Virus record (IMG/VR): IMGVR_UViG_3300025009_000050
Location: 180,053-244,052 of that record
Reading direction: 5' to 3' (one strand)
DNA: 64,000 nt
Part shown: positions 21,121 to 31,757 of the stretch, in pieces
Layout: each line of letters starts with the position of its first letter
Numbering within the stretch: the first letter of the stretch is position 1
Program-made: the position numbers and the translations under genes
Notes under the pieces: generated by a model
What the model was told of the DNA's origin: nothing
Seen by the model: only the letters and a program-made list of their open reading frames with translations
Database searches by the model: none

Positions 21121-21148
21121 AGGGCAGACAGACTAAGCCGCCCGCCCT
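21121..21148 (-). terminator. Hairpin after major capsid gene
   Basis: agggcgggcggc-ttag-tctgtctgccct on the minus strand. Confidence 0.5.
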
Positions 21149-21156
21149 CGTTATTC

Positions 21157-22254
21157 TTACAGGATAGCATCGGTAATTTCATTGGCAGTACCAGAAGCAG
21201 GTAAATCAACTTGGAAGTTAGCTTGCGGCAGCGGATAAGTCTTCTTGAATGGAATGTTCTTAGCTACGGCAATACCGTACCCGCCATTTAATATACCAAT
21301 TCCATAGCGCTCTCTTACTTTCATAGCCTGGATATCTCTAGTAGGATCGTCGAATTGTTCGGTAGACATGTCGTCTTTAACTAACATTACACCTACGTTA
21401 TTGCGGTCCAAGATATAGAAACTGAACTTCTTATTAGCTTGATCAAACGGAACCCATGGAGAGAAGGACAGATTAAGTCCACCAACAGGAATACCAGTAT
21501 TGATGCCTACTTGAGGCGGTGCTTGAGCAATTGAAGTTGCAGGAGCACTTTGACCAAATGCAGAAACCTTCAAGCTATCGAGGATCTCATTCTTATAGAA
21601 GAGTGTCCAGCATAATGGGTGCATGATAATATCGGTAGGATTAAAACCAGCAGCGATGATGGAAGTACACATATCTACGAGATCTTCTGCAGTCAGAGTA
21701 CCATTCTTATTACCGTAGAAGTCACGACCATTACCTTTAGCTTTGGGATCTGCAGAGTCGCCATCGAATACAATATGACCGTGCTTATTAAACTCACGGA
21801 AAATATTTTCTTCCTTGAGGCGAGCCATAGCAGCACCAGCAGCACGTAAATGCATACCAATTACATCCCACTGTGAGTCAGAAATCATTTCATCAGTGAC
21901 CTTAATTTTAAGACCATATTTCTTTACTTTGACTTCAGTGGTCATCTTATCAATGTGGTAATTCAAGGTTTGCTCAGGATATTCCTGTCCCTCAGCGACT
22001 TCGAATGCACGAATAGCGCCAAAGATAGGGAATTCCATGGAACGGCCTTCGGTAAGTTGAATACGCTGTAAAAACTTAGAAGCTAAGTATGCTGGTTCGG
22101 CAGCTTCTAACATCATAGTACTTACTACCTTGGGGAAGAGAATGGATGCATCAGGAGTTGATAAAGCTTCAGCTACCGCAATGCGGTCTTTATTGGGAAC
22201 TTTACCTCCGGGAGCAACCTCCATAATCTTCATATATTTTTCCATTAAATCCAT
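21157..22254 (-). CDS. Major capsid protein (HK97 fold)
   Basis: AFEVAEGQEYPE, KYGLKIKVTDEMISDSQWD, IIMHP, KVRERYGIGI; strong SD. Confidence 0.9.
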   Translation of the reverse strand: MDLMEKYMKIMEVAPGGKVPNKDRIAVAEALSTPDASILFPKVVSTMMLEAAEPAYLASKFLQRIQLTEGRSMEFPIFGAIRAFEVAEGQEYPEQTLNYHIDKMTTEVKVKKYGLKIKVTDEMISDSQWDVIGMHLRAAGAAMARLKEENIFREFNKHGHIVFDGDSADPKAKGNGRDFYGNKNGTLTAEDLVDMCTSIIAAGFNPTDIIMHPLCWTLFYKNEILDSLKVSAFGQSAPATSIAQAPPQVGINTGIPVGGLNLSFSPWVPFDQANKKFSFYILDRNNVGVMLVKDDMSTEQFDDPTRDIQAMKVRERYGIGILNGGYGIAVAKNIPFKKTYPLPQANFQVDLPASGTANEITDAIL

Positions 22255-22281
22255 TGGATATTTCCTCCTTAGTCTATATGG

Positions 22282-22304
22282 AGAGTGGAGACAAGCTCCA
22301 CTCT
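22282..22304 (-). promoter_or_regulatory. Hairpin just upstream of the MCP ribosome-binding site
   Basis: agagtggag-acaag-ctccactct, 9-bp stem. Confidence 0.4.
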
Positions 22305-22314
22305 AATCAATTAA

Positions 22315-23799
22315 TTATTTGCAAAGCAGAACTCTAATCGCACCAATAGTTCCACTGTAATCCCATTCAGTCGGCAGACCAGGGAGTTGATCTTCAATCA
22401 ACGCACATGTAATGGTTACTACTTTACCATTGTCATTTGCATCCAACAGAAGAATTACAGTATCATTCTTGTAGTCAACGTGATATTTCTTACGCTCTGC
22501 TACTTGTACACCATCAAAGTATACTTTGATACCAGTAAAGCCACGGCTGTTGCTATAGTCACGAATGTCACCATCAACGGCAATCGGAGCTTTCATCTTG
22601 ATATACAAGTTAGTGTCTCTTGCAGTAACTGGAACAGCTAATGTACCGTTAGCATCAGCGAAGCCAACATTAGCAGTTTCGGAGAACGGAGTGACACCAG
22701 CAGCTGCCAAACTATTAATAGCGACTGGAGTGCTAGCCCCATAAGTTTTCTTAGCTCTGAAATAACCATCAGTCAAGAATGGAATACCTTTAGGACTTTG
22801 AGCATCAAAGAGTTTCTTCATTTGAGATACGTAGTTCTGAGCATAACCATATGCAGGATAGCCACCTTCAGCAGCCGGAGGATAGCTGGTTTGTTTCATG
22901 GCGTTATTCAATTCATTGTCAGCATCCTGACGAATATCCATGAAATATGCTAACCATCCCAGCGGAGGAAGATCAGTTTCTACTGCAAGTGTTTGACCTA
23001 CCATCTGTTCAACAGGATCAGATAATGCCGAAGTGTAATTGACAGTCAGGTCCTTATCAGCTGCTACAAGACCTTCCTTTGCAACAGTGATAATAGCACT
23101 GCCGTACCATACAGTAATATTTGCGCCTGCAATGGCGGTCTCTTGACCTTCTTCTGTAATAGTTACGGTTGTACTAGGCTTAATGGGCTCATTAATGTGT
23201 AAAACAACATCAGAAAGAGTATCTCCAGTTGCATCTGTGAAAACTTGAGTCATAGGTTTGTTGCTGAACCACTTAACAAAGCGACCCTTACCGTCTGGTT
23301 TCACAAAGTCACCAGCTGAGAGCATTGCTAATGTATTAGTTGTATAGGTAGAATTGAAGATACGTGAACTTGCACAGCCCCAACGCATTTCGCTAAGACT
23401 TGCGCCTTGAGCAGTTGCATCAGCATTGTGAAAATAAGGAACTTCGATATAGGTACGATTCTCGATAGAGAGTTGGTTGTCGCCCATACGATCTTTATTC
23501 TTTTCATAGAAGTTGTATGGAGCTACACCGATAGGAGTGTTAGCACCGTTAGCAATTGTTAAACAGTTGACAATCTTCTCAGTTTCCCAATCGTATTTCG
23601 GAGCAGTTACAGAAACGATAGCACCTTTCGGAACAACTACCATACCAAAACCACCGAAACGATATTCGAAGAGACCGGGAAGATCCGGGTCTAAAATCCA
23701 TTTTTCTGCAGGAGACATGCCTTCAGAGCGAACTAGATTGGTATGAGTCCGATCATTAAGACCTCCAAGTGTGAAATATTGCTGAGGGAATAAAGCCAT
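22315..23799 (-). CDS. Capsid decoration/auxiliary capsid protein
   Basis: Between protease and MCP; VVVPKGAIV, PIGVAPYN, AGDFVKPDGKGRFVKW; strong SD. Confidence 0.55.
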   Translation of the reverse strand: MALFPQQYFTLGGLNDRTHTNLVRSEGMSPAEKWILDPDLPGLFEYRFGGFGMVVVPKGAIVSVTAPKYDWETEKIVNCLTIANGANTPIGVAPYNFYEKNKDRMGDNQLSIENRTYIEVPYFHNADATAQGASLSEMRWGCASSRIFNSTYTTNTLAMLSAGDFVKPDGKGRFVKWFSNKPMTQVFTDATGDTLSDVVLHINEPIKPSTTVTITEEGQETAIAGANITVWYGSAIITVAKEGLVAADKDLTVNYTSALSDPVEQMVGQTLAVETDLPPLGWLAYFMDIRQDADNELNNAMKQTSYPPAAEGGYPAYGYAQNYVSQMKKLFDAQSPKGIPFLTDGYFRAKKTYGASTPVAINSLAAAGVTPFSETANVGFADANGTLAVPVTARDTNLYIKMKAPIAVDGDIRDYSNSRGFTGIKVYFDGVQVAERKKYHVDYKNDTVILLLDANDNGKVVTITCALIEDQLPGLPTEWDYSGTIGAIRVLLCK

Positions 23800-23820
23800 C
23801 TCGTGTTTCCTCCTTTAGGA

Positions 23821-25149
23821 TTACTTACGTTTTGAACGATTTAATAGGCCATAGAAGACATCTTCAGTTGTTATTTTGTTATCTTCTTTGCATTCTTTAA
23901 CAGTGACGTCACCAGGTTGCTTATTGCCACTGTTATCAACACCAGGATGTTGTATTTTTTCTACAACGAATTTACCAGGTGTCTTTTCCATTTCTACAAG
24001 TAAATCAATTAATGAGTCTTGTAATGACTGAGCAGATCTTTCAATATGTGCTGAAACTGCTTCTTCTCTGGTTTCTACTCCAGGCTTACTAAGTACTCGT
24101 TTGATATCAACAACTCTCTCAGCCAATGTTTTATGGATTTGAGTTGCCATATTAGAATTCTCTTCTAGCAACCTATCGTTCTCAGCTTTGAATGTGTTGT
24201 TTTTATCTTCAAGTTCTTGTTTGCTTTGAGTAAGTTCAGTAATTTGAGTTGCAAAGTTTGAATTATCTACTGTAAGCTTCTGGATTTGTTCATCTAACTG
24301 ACTAATCTTATCGTTAGATTCCTGCAATTTAGAATCCTTAGCAGATAGCTCAGTTTCTAATTCTTCAATAGTTTTCAAGATTGTAGTTCCTCCTTTATGG
24401 GATTCTTCAAGCTTATCTATATCTGGAGCTGTAATTCCTTCCAGATTCGCTTGTTCATTAGTCATCAGACTTTTATCTGATGGGACCTGTAAGTTATATA
24501 AGTTATTATCCTTATATGCGTAACATTCCATCATCATAATCTCTCCAGTAGCTACAACTTGAGCATGCTGGTCTGCTGGAACATTAACGAAACTGACCTC
24601 ATTAAACCATATATTACCGGCTTCCCAATAACATTCTTGTAATTGGCCTTTAACTTCATATTTCTGACCACGAATATGCTCACACCAACCTTCTTCAACT
24701 ACGTTGGTGCCACATATGCTACAAGTAGCAGAATCGGTTTCAGCTCCAATGGATACAGTTAAATATCTGCCATCAAGAATCTTTGCTATTGCGTCTTTAT
24801 CCGTAATAGTAGGCATAACTACTACAGCATTCTTTCCAGTTGTAGAATCGGTGATAAATTGAGCGTTAGTAACTCGACCTAGTGGTTCTGTTTCAGTGTC
24901 ATGATTCTTTAATACTGGCTTAGGGTATGGATGGGTCCAACTGTATATCCCACTACGTAAATCAACAGTACCCTGTAATCCTTGACTACTGTACATAACC
25001 TTGTTCTTTGTGATTCCAGCATGTATAGCCTCGATTTTAGGTATAAGTACAGAGTCACCGAATGACTCAGTTAATATAGCTGCACTATCTTGTCTAGAAA
25101 TCTTACTCTCAACAATGAATTGCTCTGTTAAACGCAGTCTCTCAGCCAC
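23821..25149 (-). CDS. Prohead protease fused to coiled-coil scaffold
   Basis: PVLKNHD, GRV, VSIG, CSICG..CEH, EVSFVNVPAD; C-terminal heptad repeats. Confidence 0.85.
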   Translation of the reverse strand: MAERLRLTEQFIVESKISRQDSAAILTESFGDSVLIPKIEAIHAGITKNKVMYSSQGLQGTVDLRSGIYSWTHPYPKPVLKNHDTETEPLGRVTNAQFITDSTTGKNAVVVMPTITDKDAIAKILDGRYLTVSIGAETDSATCSICGTNVVEEGWCEHIRGQKYEVKGQLQECYWEAGNIWFNEVSFVNVPADQHAQVVATGEIMMMECYAYKDNNLYNLQVPSDKSLMTNEQANLEGITAPDIDKLEESHKGGTTILKTIEELETELSAKDSKLQESNDKISQLDEQIQKLTVDNSNFATQITELTQSKQELEDKNNTFKAENDRLLEENSNMATQIHKTLAERVVDIKRVLSKPGVETREEAVSAHIERSAQSLQDSLIDLLVEMEKTPGKFVVEKIQHPGVDNSGNKQPGDVTVKECKEDNKITTEDVFYGLLNRSKRK

Positions 25150-25153
25150 CTAT

Positions 25154-27241
25154 CTACACCTCCTTATTAGATATTTTTAATATGCATGTACAGTTAGGAT
25201 GTAGCGGTGGTATAGACTGTGATATTGTAGTAGCATTCTTAGTTGAAATTCTATTACCGTGGGCAGTCGAACAAATATCACAACCATTAGTACTAACTAC
25301 TTCTACTTCGTCAATACCCATAGCTGCAGCACATTTAATAAAACCATAATTATACGCAGTATAAAGTTCTGAATTAGCAATAAACTCTAATCTATAATTA
25401 AGTGCTTGGAAAGCACCCATTATCTTTGCAATTGCGTTCTCTACAGTTGCTGATCTTATAGAAACTGTTATCAGATGATTTAGATCTTCATCAAGTAATC
25501 TAATGATAGAGTCCTTCTGATGGCTAAGTACTTCTTTAATCCCTGCATCGTAATTAACACTAGGTATTAGTTGCTTCCCTGCTTGTACTCTAGCAGCATC
25601 CACACCATGAATAAAGGATGGTCTGATGTACTTCTCAGATACTCTCTGCATTGACTCACGGGTAAGATGTAATATCCCATTAATCTCATTAGAATCATAA
25701 GATCCAAATGTACGTTCTTTGTTAACGTAGTATTGTTTAACTAGATCTATCACATCAGAACGAGTGAGTTCCCAATGATATTGCAACATCTCGTGATATT
25801 CTATAGTTGACACAGAATATGATTCAGACATGCTTGCTGCTGTCTTTTTCTTAGCAGGAGCTGCTTTCGGAGTTGCTTTAGCCTTAGCAACTGCAACCTC
25901 AACATCAGCTTCAGCCTGGGTAGTTGTTTCTGTAGCTCCGACGACATTCAAGTACAATCTTGATTCATCTGCAACAGGATCACGGCCAATAGCTTGTCTA
26001 GCTTCTTCAAATGTAATGAGGTTATTTAACCATAATTGAGTGATATTATTTTCAAGCTTGGTTCTCATATCAAGATCTATTTCTTTGAAGTTAAAATCTA
26101 CATCATCATCAGGAGTTGTTAGTGGATCAAATCCACCCTCCTGTAGTAATTCTCTAATGATGAAGTAATCAATTGCTTCAGCCATAACACGCTGAAATGC
26201 TTTAATCCTATCATGCATCTCAGTAGTCATTGATTCTGCTGTCGATCTGTTAGACGAATCGCCTATGCCCATAACGGTTTCAGACACACCCATACCAGTG
26301 AATACTCGCTTACGGAAATATTCTAGGTATCCTTCTACATCAAGTGCTTCACCTTGAGATCCAACAACTGTTATATTATGTCTCTCAGGAACTACTATGC
26401 CGCCATCAAGTGGCATGTTCCTGATTTGCTCCCTAACTAACTCAATCTCTTCATCAGAAGCTTCAAAGCCTGGTTTATCAATACCAACTTGGTACTGATG
26501 GAGTGGGAAGAGGTGTCTGTATACTAATCTTATGACGTCTTCTTCCATCTGTCTTAAGATCTTAACATCATCTAACACTGGAATTAGGAATGGCACACCA
26601 AATGCTTGCCCGCGCTCCTTCTTCCATGCTATATGGATAATATCTTCTGGTTTGTACTCCACCGGAGTTTTACCAGCAACGTTTTGTTGATAGTTAACTA
26701 TAGTACCAACTTCATCTCTAGCTATCTTGATTGTGGTTGGTGGGAGTACAAAATACCCTGCTATCGGAGCTGCACCAGTTATAGGTTGAGCTTGTACACC
26801 AGCAGGTAATAGATATGTTCCCTTAGCTCTAGCTTTAATTAGAAATGAATTACCGTATTTAACAAGGTCTTCAGCAATGTTAAGTAGAAATTGCTTAATT
26901 GGAGTTTGGGTTGCTTCAGACATTACAGTAAGTCTAATTTTTATGTAATCAACAGAGTTTTGGTTCTTACCTGTTATATCCCAGTCTGCCTTGAACATAA
27001 GATCCACATATTTGTCTATAGCTTGTCTTATATATGAGTCAGTGTTGTAAGCCTTAGTAATTTCCTCTAAATCGAAGACAGGCTCTTCAAAGTTCTTTTT
27101 ACCACCTGTACCTTTTGTAAATGCGAGACCCAGTCTCTTAATTATTGTTTTCTTGGGGTCTATCTTAGCAGAGCTAGATGGCGCATTAGTTATTCCAATT
27201 CTATTACGTATATATTCGAGAAATGTCACAACATCATCCAC
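25154..27241 (-). CDS. Portal protein with C-terminal MuF-like (SPP1 gp7-type) minor head domain
   Basis: DLVKYGNSF, EDIIHI, FGVPFL, ITFEEARQAIG portal motifs; C-terminal CDIC...PPLHPNCTC. Confidence 0.85.
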   Translation of the reverse strand: MDDVVTFLEYIRNRIGITNAPSSSAKIDPKKTIIKRLGLAFTKGTGGKKNFEEPVFDLEEITKAYNTDSYIRQAIDKYVDLMFKADWDITGKNQNSVDYIKIRLTVMSEATQTPIKQFLLNIAEDLVKYGNSFLIKARAKGTYLLPAGVQAQPITGAAPIAGYFVLPPTTIKIARDEVGTIVNYQQNVAGKTPVEYKPEDIIHIAWKKERGQAFGVPFLIPVLDDVKILRQMEEDVIRLVYRHLFPLHQYQVGIDKPGFEASDEEIELVREQIRNMPLDGGIVVPERHNITVVGSQGEALDVEGYLEYFRKRVFTGMGVSETVMGIGDSSNRSTAESMTTEMHDRIKAFQRVMAEAIDYFIIRELLQEGGFDPLTTPDDDVDFNFKEIDLDMRTKLENNITQLWLNNLITFEEARQAIGRDPVADESRLYLNVVGATETTTQAEADVEVAVAKAKATPKAAPAKKKTAASMSESYSVSTIEYHEMLQYHWELTRSDVIDLVKQYYVNKERTFGSYDSNEINGILHLTRESMQRVSEKYIRPSFIHGVDAARVQAGKQLIPSVNYDAGIKEVLSHQKDSIIRLLDEDLNHLITVSIRSATVENAIAKIMGAFQALNYRLEFIANSELYTAYNYGFIKCAAAMGIDEVEVVSTNGCDICSTAHGNRISTKNATTISQSIPPLHPNCTCILKISNKEV

Positions 27242-27248
27242 CTCCTAG

Positions 27249-28643
27249 TCATTTGATGTTCTTTATAATGCTATCTATGTCTGTATCAGAAGGAACATTG
27301 CCAGTATCTTGTATGAACTTTGATATGGAACTCATAACCTTATAATAACTACGAGTATAATGTTTGTCTTCTATTTCATTGAAACGGGAAGTTCTCATAT
27401 CATTATCTACTTTATCGATACTATGATATGCATCTAATTGGTTAGTATATTTCTTCTCTGATTCTACAATCCCATTAGCTATCCTATCTATCATGTATAT
27501 GGCATTAGGAATATCGTCGTCATTTATGTTCATAAGTTTACGAGTCAGTGGTTTAGTAAGATTCGATCTCATATGTGATTCATAAGTTAAATCATTATTT
27601 ATTTGTGATTTAGTCTTATTACTAACAAACGATCTACGCTTCTTGTCAATATCCCTTAACCTAGTTTCATGAGTCTTCATCATACTACTCAGACTTACTA
27701 TTACAGATTGAATATCGCTCTTATCTATGACATTAAGTAGTTCCTTTACAGAAACATTAATCTCACTAGAGTAGGCATCCTCTAACTGTAGGGAAACTAG
27801 ACTCTGTACCTTATCAAGTGCATTTCTAACGTATGAAAGTTTGAGATTCGTAGCATTGGTAGTTTCTGCTTTATTGTTGAGTTTATCTTGTTGAGTGTTA
27901 ATAAGTGAGTGTAACCTTGTATATTCATTCTCCTTAGCAGTAAGTGGTTCTCCAGAGTTGTTAAGTATAATTCTAGATATTTCACTCTCTAATCTAGCTT
28001 TATCAATAGTCATAGAAATCAGATCTGATATTTCGCTATGCTCTTTATCTGATAGCCTGCTCAAACCATCTCCACCAGAGGTTAAGGAACTTGGTGCACT
28101 CTTATCTACCTTCGTTAATACAACATTTAAGAAGAAGCTCTTATTCATTGACCAATCTTCATAAATTTCTCTCAAATCCCTATACACTTCAACCTCGTTA
28201 ATACCATTGACACCCATATGATATGACTCATAGATTTCCATAATGAAGCTACGCAATGGCTCTGGAGCCTCATCTATAGCTAATCTATAAGTTCTAAATG
28301 ATATTCCATTGGATATGTCAGGAACGAAATAGATTGTATCGAATGCCTTAATGTAGTCCCTATCTTCATCAGATAATGGAGCTACTGCATCAATTGCTGT
28401 AGGTAATGAATCATCTAAATATCTGCTCTCAATGCCACTAATCATGACAGAAAGATACGTAAGGAGATCCTGGATATTAACCCATGTATCGGTTGCTATA
28501 TTAGAAAGAAGGAAGGAGTTTTGTTCGTTGAATACATTCGTTTTGTTATATCCAGGACTTGATATCTTCTCACGTATATACTTTAGAGACGGATGATATG
28601 TTAGTAGTTGTTTTTCTTTATCAGTTAATTTCCACTTATTCAA
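27249..28643 (-). CDS. Hypothetical coiled-coil protein of the head module
   Basis: 464-aa ORF, SD gaggtg, co-oriented with the operon. Confidence 0.6.
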   Translation of the reverse strand: MNKWKLTDKEKQLLTYHPSLKYIREKISSPGYNKTNVFNEQNSFLLSNIATDTWVNIQDLLTYLSVMISGIESRYLDDSLPTAIDAVAPLSDEDRDYIKAFDTIYFVPDISNGISFRTYRLAIDEAPEPLRSFIMEIYESYHMGVNGINEVEVYRDLREIYEDWSMNKSFFLNVVLTKVDKSAPSSLTSGGDGLSRLSDKEHSEISDLISMTIDKARLESEISRIILNNSGEPLTAKENEYTRLHSLINTQQDKLNNKAETTNATNLKLSYVRNALDKVQSLVSLQLEDAYSSEINVSVKELLNVIDKSDIQSVIVSLSSMMKTHETRLRDIDKKRRSFVSNKTKSQINNDLTYESHMRSNLTKPLTRKLMNINDDDIPNAIYMIDRIANGIVESEKKYTNQLDAYHSIDKVDNDMRTSRFNEIEDKHYTRSYYKVMSSISKFIQDTGNVPSDTDIDSIIKNIK

Positions 28644-28766
28644 ATTGTCACCTCATAGAAAGAGAGCAATGATGTCTGTTGGGGCAGACATCACCACATA
28701 AGAAGGGAGGATAAATGCTATTGAATAATAGCAAGGGAGGGCCTGTGTTTGAGGTCTTGTAACCTC

Positions 28767-28913
28767 TTATATATAGTCTGTGACATCTAAGTTAGTTAAC
28801 ATAGTTCCACAGCTAGAACACTTCCAATTCTCTCCCTCTTGTATTGCAGATCCTCTACACTTACTACATGTTCCATCTGGATACATAATGTATATTTCAT
28901 ATGTTACATTCAT
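28767..28913 (-). CDS. Small zinc-ribbon protein (48 aa)
   Basis: Not in ORF track; ATGA overlap with upstream gene; CSKC...WKCSSCG. Confidence 0.55.
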   Translation of the reverse strand: MNVTYEIYIMYPDGTCSKCRGSAIQEGENWKCSSCGTMLTNLDVTDYI

Positions 28914-29146
28914 AATGAGTCAACCTTTACTAGTTCTAAGTTCTCTACAAGCGCATTAGAATAGATAGTCAGCGTATTAATTAACAATAGTTTAGCTGCT
29001 TTATCCTGCTTGTCAGATAGACCAAGAACTTCCACTACATTATCTAATTCATACCCAAGATCTACAAACATATTCTTAGTAAGACCTCTCAGGTAGTTTA
29101 TTTGATCTGCATCAAATAGCTTTGGTAAGTTAGTCGAATCTCTCAT
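28910..29146 (-). CDS. Hypothetical protein
   Basis: SD aggaggg, co-oriented. Confidence 0.55.
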   Translation of the reverse strand: MRDSTNLPKLFDADQINYLRGLTKNMFVDLGYELDNVVEVLGLSDKQDKAAKLLLINTLTIYSNALVENLELVKVDSL

Positions 29147-29211
29147 TATTGCCCTCCTATAAAATTAATCATTAGAGACGAGCTATGGTCTCCGATATTG
29201 GCATTCCGCCA

Positions 29212-29283
29212 TTATTTCTTAGGTTTTTTAGGCTTCTTCTTAGTAGGCTTAATCTTGCCCATGTCACCAGAACTTAGAGCCAT
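29212..29283 (-). CDS. Lys/Pro-rich micropeptide MALSSGDMGKIKPTKKKPKKPKK
   Basis: SD ggagg 7 nt upstream of ATG; fills the intergenic gap. Confidence 0.4.
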   Translation of the reverse strand: MALSSGDMGKIKPTKKKPKKPKK

Positions 29284-29294
29284 CGTCTAGCCTC

Positions 29295-29975
29295 CTAGCA
29301 TTTACCGCAACCACCAAGCATGTTAATCATACTAGCCTTGAGTAACAGTAGCGTTGCTGTTATAATCCCAATCCCTCTAGAGTCACCCTTCATGGTTTTG
29401 ATTAGCATCTTTCCAACTTGAGCACCATCTATGACTCTATCATGATCTAGATACCCAGTCTCGCGAGCCATAGACATATAGGCTATTGCTTCATCTGCAT
29501 TAAACCAACTAATAGCTATATCTAATAGCTCAAGATAATTGACGCCATTTAACATGCAGATATTAGATAACCTCTCTACTGCTTCAAGATCTACAGCTGG
29601 TATGAAGTACTTAGAACCTTTCTCTTCACCACTACTCTTATGGAGATGAGCATCTAATGCGTGATCATCTTCAAGATACATCATTGTTAGTACCATTGGC
29701 TTCAATGCGTATATGATGGCACGAACCCTCTGCCTATTATCTAAGCATTCATTGATCAAGAACTTTCCGCCAACCTCAGCTAACTCTATGGCTTCCTTAT
29801 ACAGCTCAACGTCAAATTGTTCGTCGTAACATAGTCTTATCAATGCCAGAGTAGCCCCTATATCCAGCAGGTGTTCCCATTCAAGCTTGTTATCCCCACA
29901 TGTCTTAGCTACTACCCTTATCTTTCCTTCCTCAACATTTGGCTTGAATACATTGATTTCAGGCCCGACCTCCAT
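29295..29975 (-). CDS. Hypothetical helical protein (likely start 29975)
   Basis: SD aagggag before MEVGPE. Confidence 0.55.
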   Translation of the reverse strand: MEVGPEINVFKPNVEEGKIRVVAKTCGDNKLEWEHLLDIGATLALIRLCYDEQFDVELYKEAIELAEVGGKFLINECLDNRQRVRAIIYALKPMVLTMMYLEDDHALDAHLHKSSGEEKGSKYFIPAVDLEAVERLSNICMLNGVNYLELLDIAISWFNADEAIAYMSMARETGYLDHDRVIDGAQVGKMLIKTMKGDSRGIGIITATLLLLKASMINMLGGCGKC

Positions 29976-30134
29976 AATAATTTCTCCCTTATTCCATGTC
30001 ATCCACACCAATCCTATGAATTTCGGTATCCATATGATATATAGGTACAAATGCATGTATTATATGTTCTAATGCATGTTTAACAGAATATAAAGCGCAA
30101 TGCAGGTTTAATCCCATATGCATGAAATAACTCA

Positions 30135-31757
30135 CTACCACATCTTCCTCCTAGGCTCACCAGTTTGCTTACTGCTTCCTCTCTTGCCCCATCCATATTG
30201 TTGACCGTCCTTCTTTGGATTATATCCAACTGGAACCTTACGTAACGGAGGTGAGGGCTCGTCCCAATCGTCCTCCTTCTTATTCTTGTCGAAAGAAACA
30301 AGTGATTTAAGTGGGTCTGGGAATTGAAACTTTGTTTCTCTCATTATGCGAGCTATTTTCTTATCTTTGAGTATAGATGCTAGATTAGGAAATTCTAGTT
30401 GAAAAGCTAGTATTGCTAGCATTAAAGCATCTACAGTGTGTTCATTCTCACTTGTGAATACTGGTTGTCCAGTTTGTGTGAATCTTACAACCTGATAGTT
30501 CTCAAGTTGCTTCCATATCATCTCGTCATAGTCACAAAGTGCTAGTAAATCTCTCTCCAGAACATATACTAATTGATTAACCATGAACGGCTTTAATGGA
30601 GTATTACGAAGTTCCTTAGTTATAGGATCTTGAACTTCATAGGATGATCCAAAGGACCAACCCTTAACTTTACGTCTAAGACCTGATTCTGGATGTTCAT
30701 CTCCATATATGTGTAATGTTTCTACCTGATATTCGCCGTAGCCTCTATCGACATATATGAAATCCGGATTGAAGTTATTATTCAGCTGTATTATCTTCTT
30801 AACGGCGTTGTGTAATGTGAACTCGCCCTTTTCAATTTCCTCCCGATTAATTACCTTAAACTTACCTAATTCCATGTCGTACTCTACTACTACTATCTGA
30901 CTTGCATTGGAATATTTATCCCAGTCTACTCCTATGCAAGTATACGATGTATTCTTAGATTCCTTGACGTATTCGTAGTCCATCCTAGCTCTATCGATGT
31001 ATTCCTTCTTGAATACACCTACGGTCTCTTCACCAAACTCTGCTAGTACTTCATGTTCCCATGCTACTTGAGTGGAGAACATACCGCGAAGTTCTTTCTC
31101 CATTGATGCGTCCCATTCTGGGTTTACCATGGTTGTATAGTGGAATTCTTTCCATCCTATGCTCTTATCGGTACATAATTTCCAGAACATACCCCTACGT
31201 CCAGTAGGTGTGGATGCAATGGTGATTCCAATTCTACTGGGTGCTTCTAGTGATATAGCATATATAGTATCGAAATCATTATCTGTCATATAATCTACTT
31301 CATCTAGGTATAGCCAATCTGCTCTCTGACCTCTTAAACTACCACCTGCAGCTCCTGATTTAGTACCCGCTGTGAATCCCTTGATGTATGAACCGTTCTT
31401 CAGTTCTATGTGTTGAGGATGTCGTCTATCTTGCCTTACACTATCTTGTAATTCTGGTGCCTTATCTATGAATCTACGTAGTTGGTCGAATATCAGTGAT
31501 ATTTGATTTTCGTAAGGGGCTGCAACGATTAGTGCAGCATTCTTTCTAGTAAAGGCCATCCATAACATGTGCGCGCACATTGACCAAGTTTTACCCGTTC
31601 TTCGGCCAAGTCTATAAACTTTGCGTATGGATGGATGACGTATCATATCAGATTGGTAGTAACGTGCCTTCTCCCCAGTAGTTGATTCTATCCAGAGTAC
31701 TGGGTCCTCAAGCACAGCTAATAATTCTAATTCTGATTCGGTAAATATGTGAGACAT
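30135..31757 (-). CDS. terL: Terminase large subunit
   Basis: Walker A GRRTGKT, Walker B LYLDE, ASTP coupling motif, RNase H-like GVDW...VDRG...HTVDA. Confidence 0.93.
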   Translation of the reverse strand: MSHIFTESELELLAVLEDPVLWIESTTGEKARYYQSDMIRHPSIRKVYRLGRRTGKTWSMCAHMLWMAFTRKNAALIVAAPYENQISLIFDQLRRFIDKAPELQDSVRQDRRHPQHIELKNGSYIKGFTAGTKSGAAGGSLRGQRADWLYLDEVDYMTDNDFDTIYAISLEAPSRIGITIASTPTGRRGMFWKLCTDKSIGWKEFHYTTMVNPEWDASMEKELRGMFSTQVAWEHEVLAEFGEETVGVFKKEYIDRARMDYEYVKESKNTSYTCIGVDWDKYSNASQIVVVEYDMELGKFKVINREEIEKGEFTLHNAVKKIIQLNNNFNPDFIYVDRGYGEYQVETLHIYGDEHPESGLRRKVKGWSFGSSYEVQDPITKELRNTPLKPFMVNQLVYVLERDLLALCDYDEMIWKQLENYQVVRFTQTGQPVFTSENEHTVDALMLAILAFQLEFPNLASILKDKKIARIMRETKFQFPDPLKSLVSFDKNKKEDDWDEPSPPLRKVPVGYNPKKDGQQYGWGKRGSSKQTGEPRRKMW

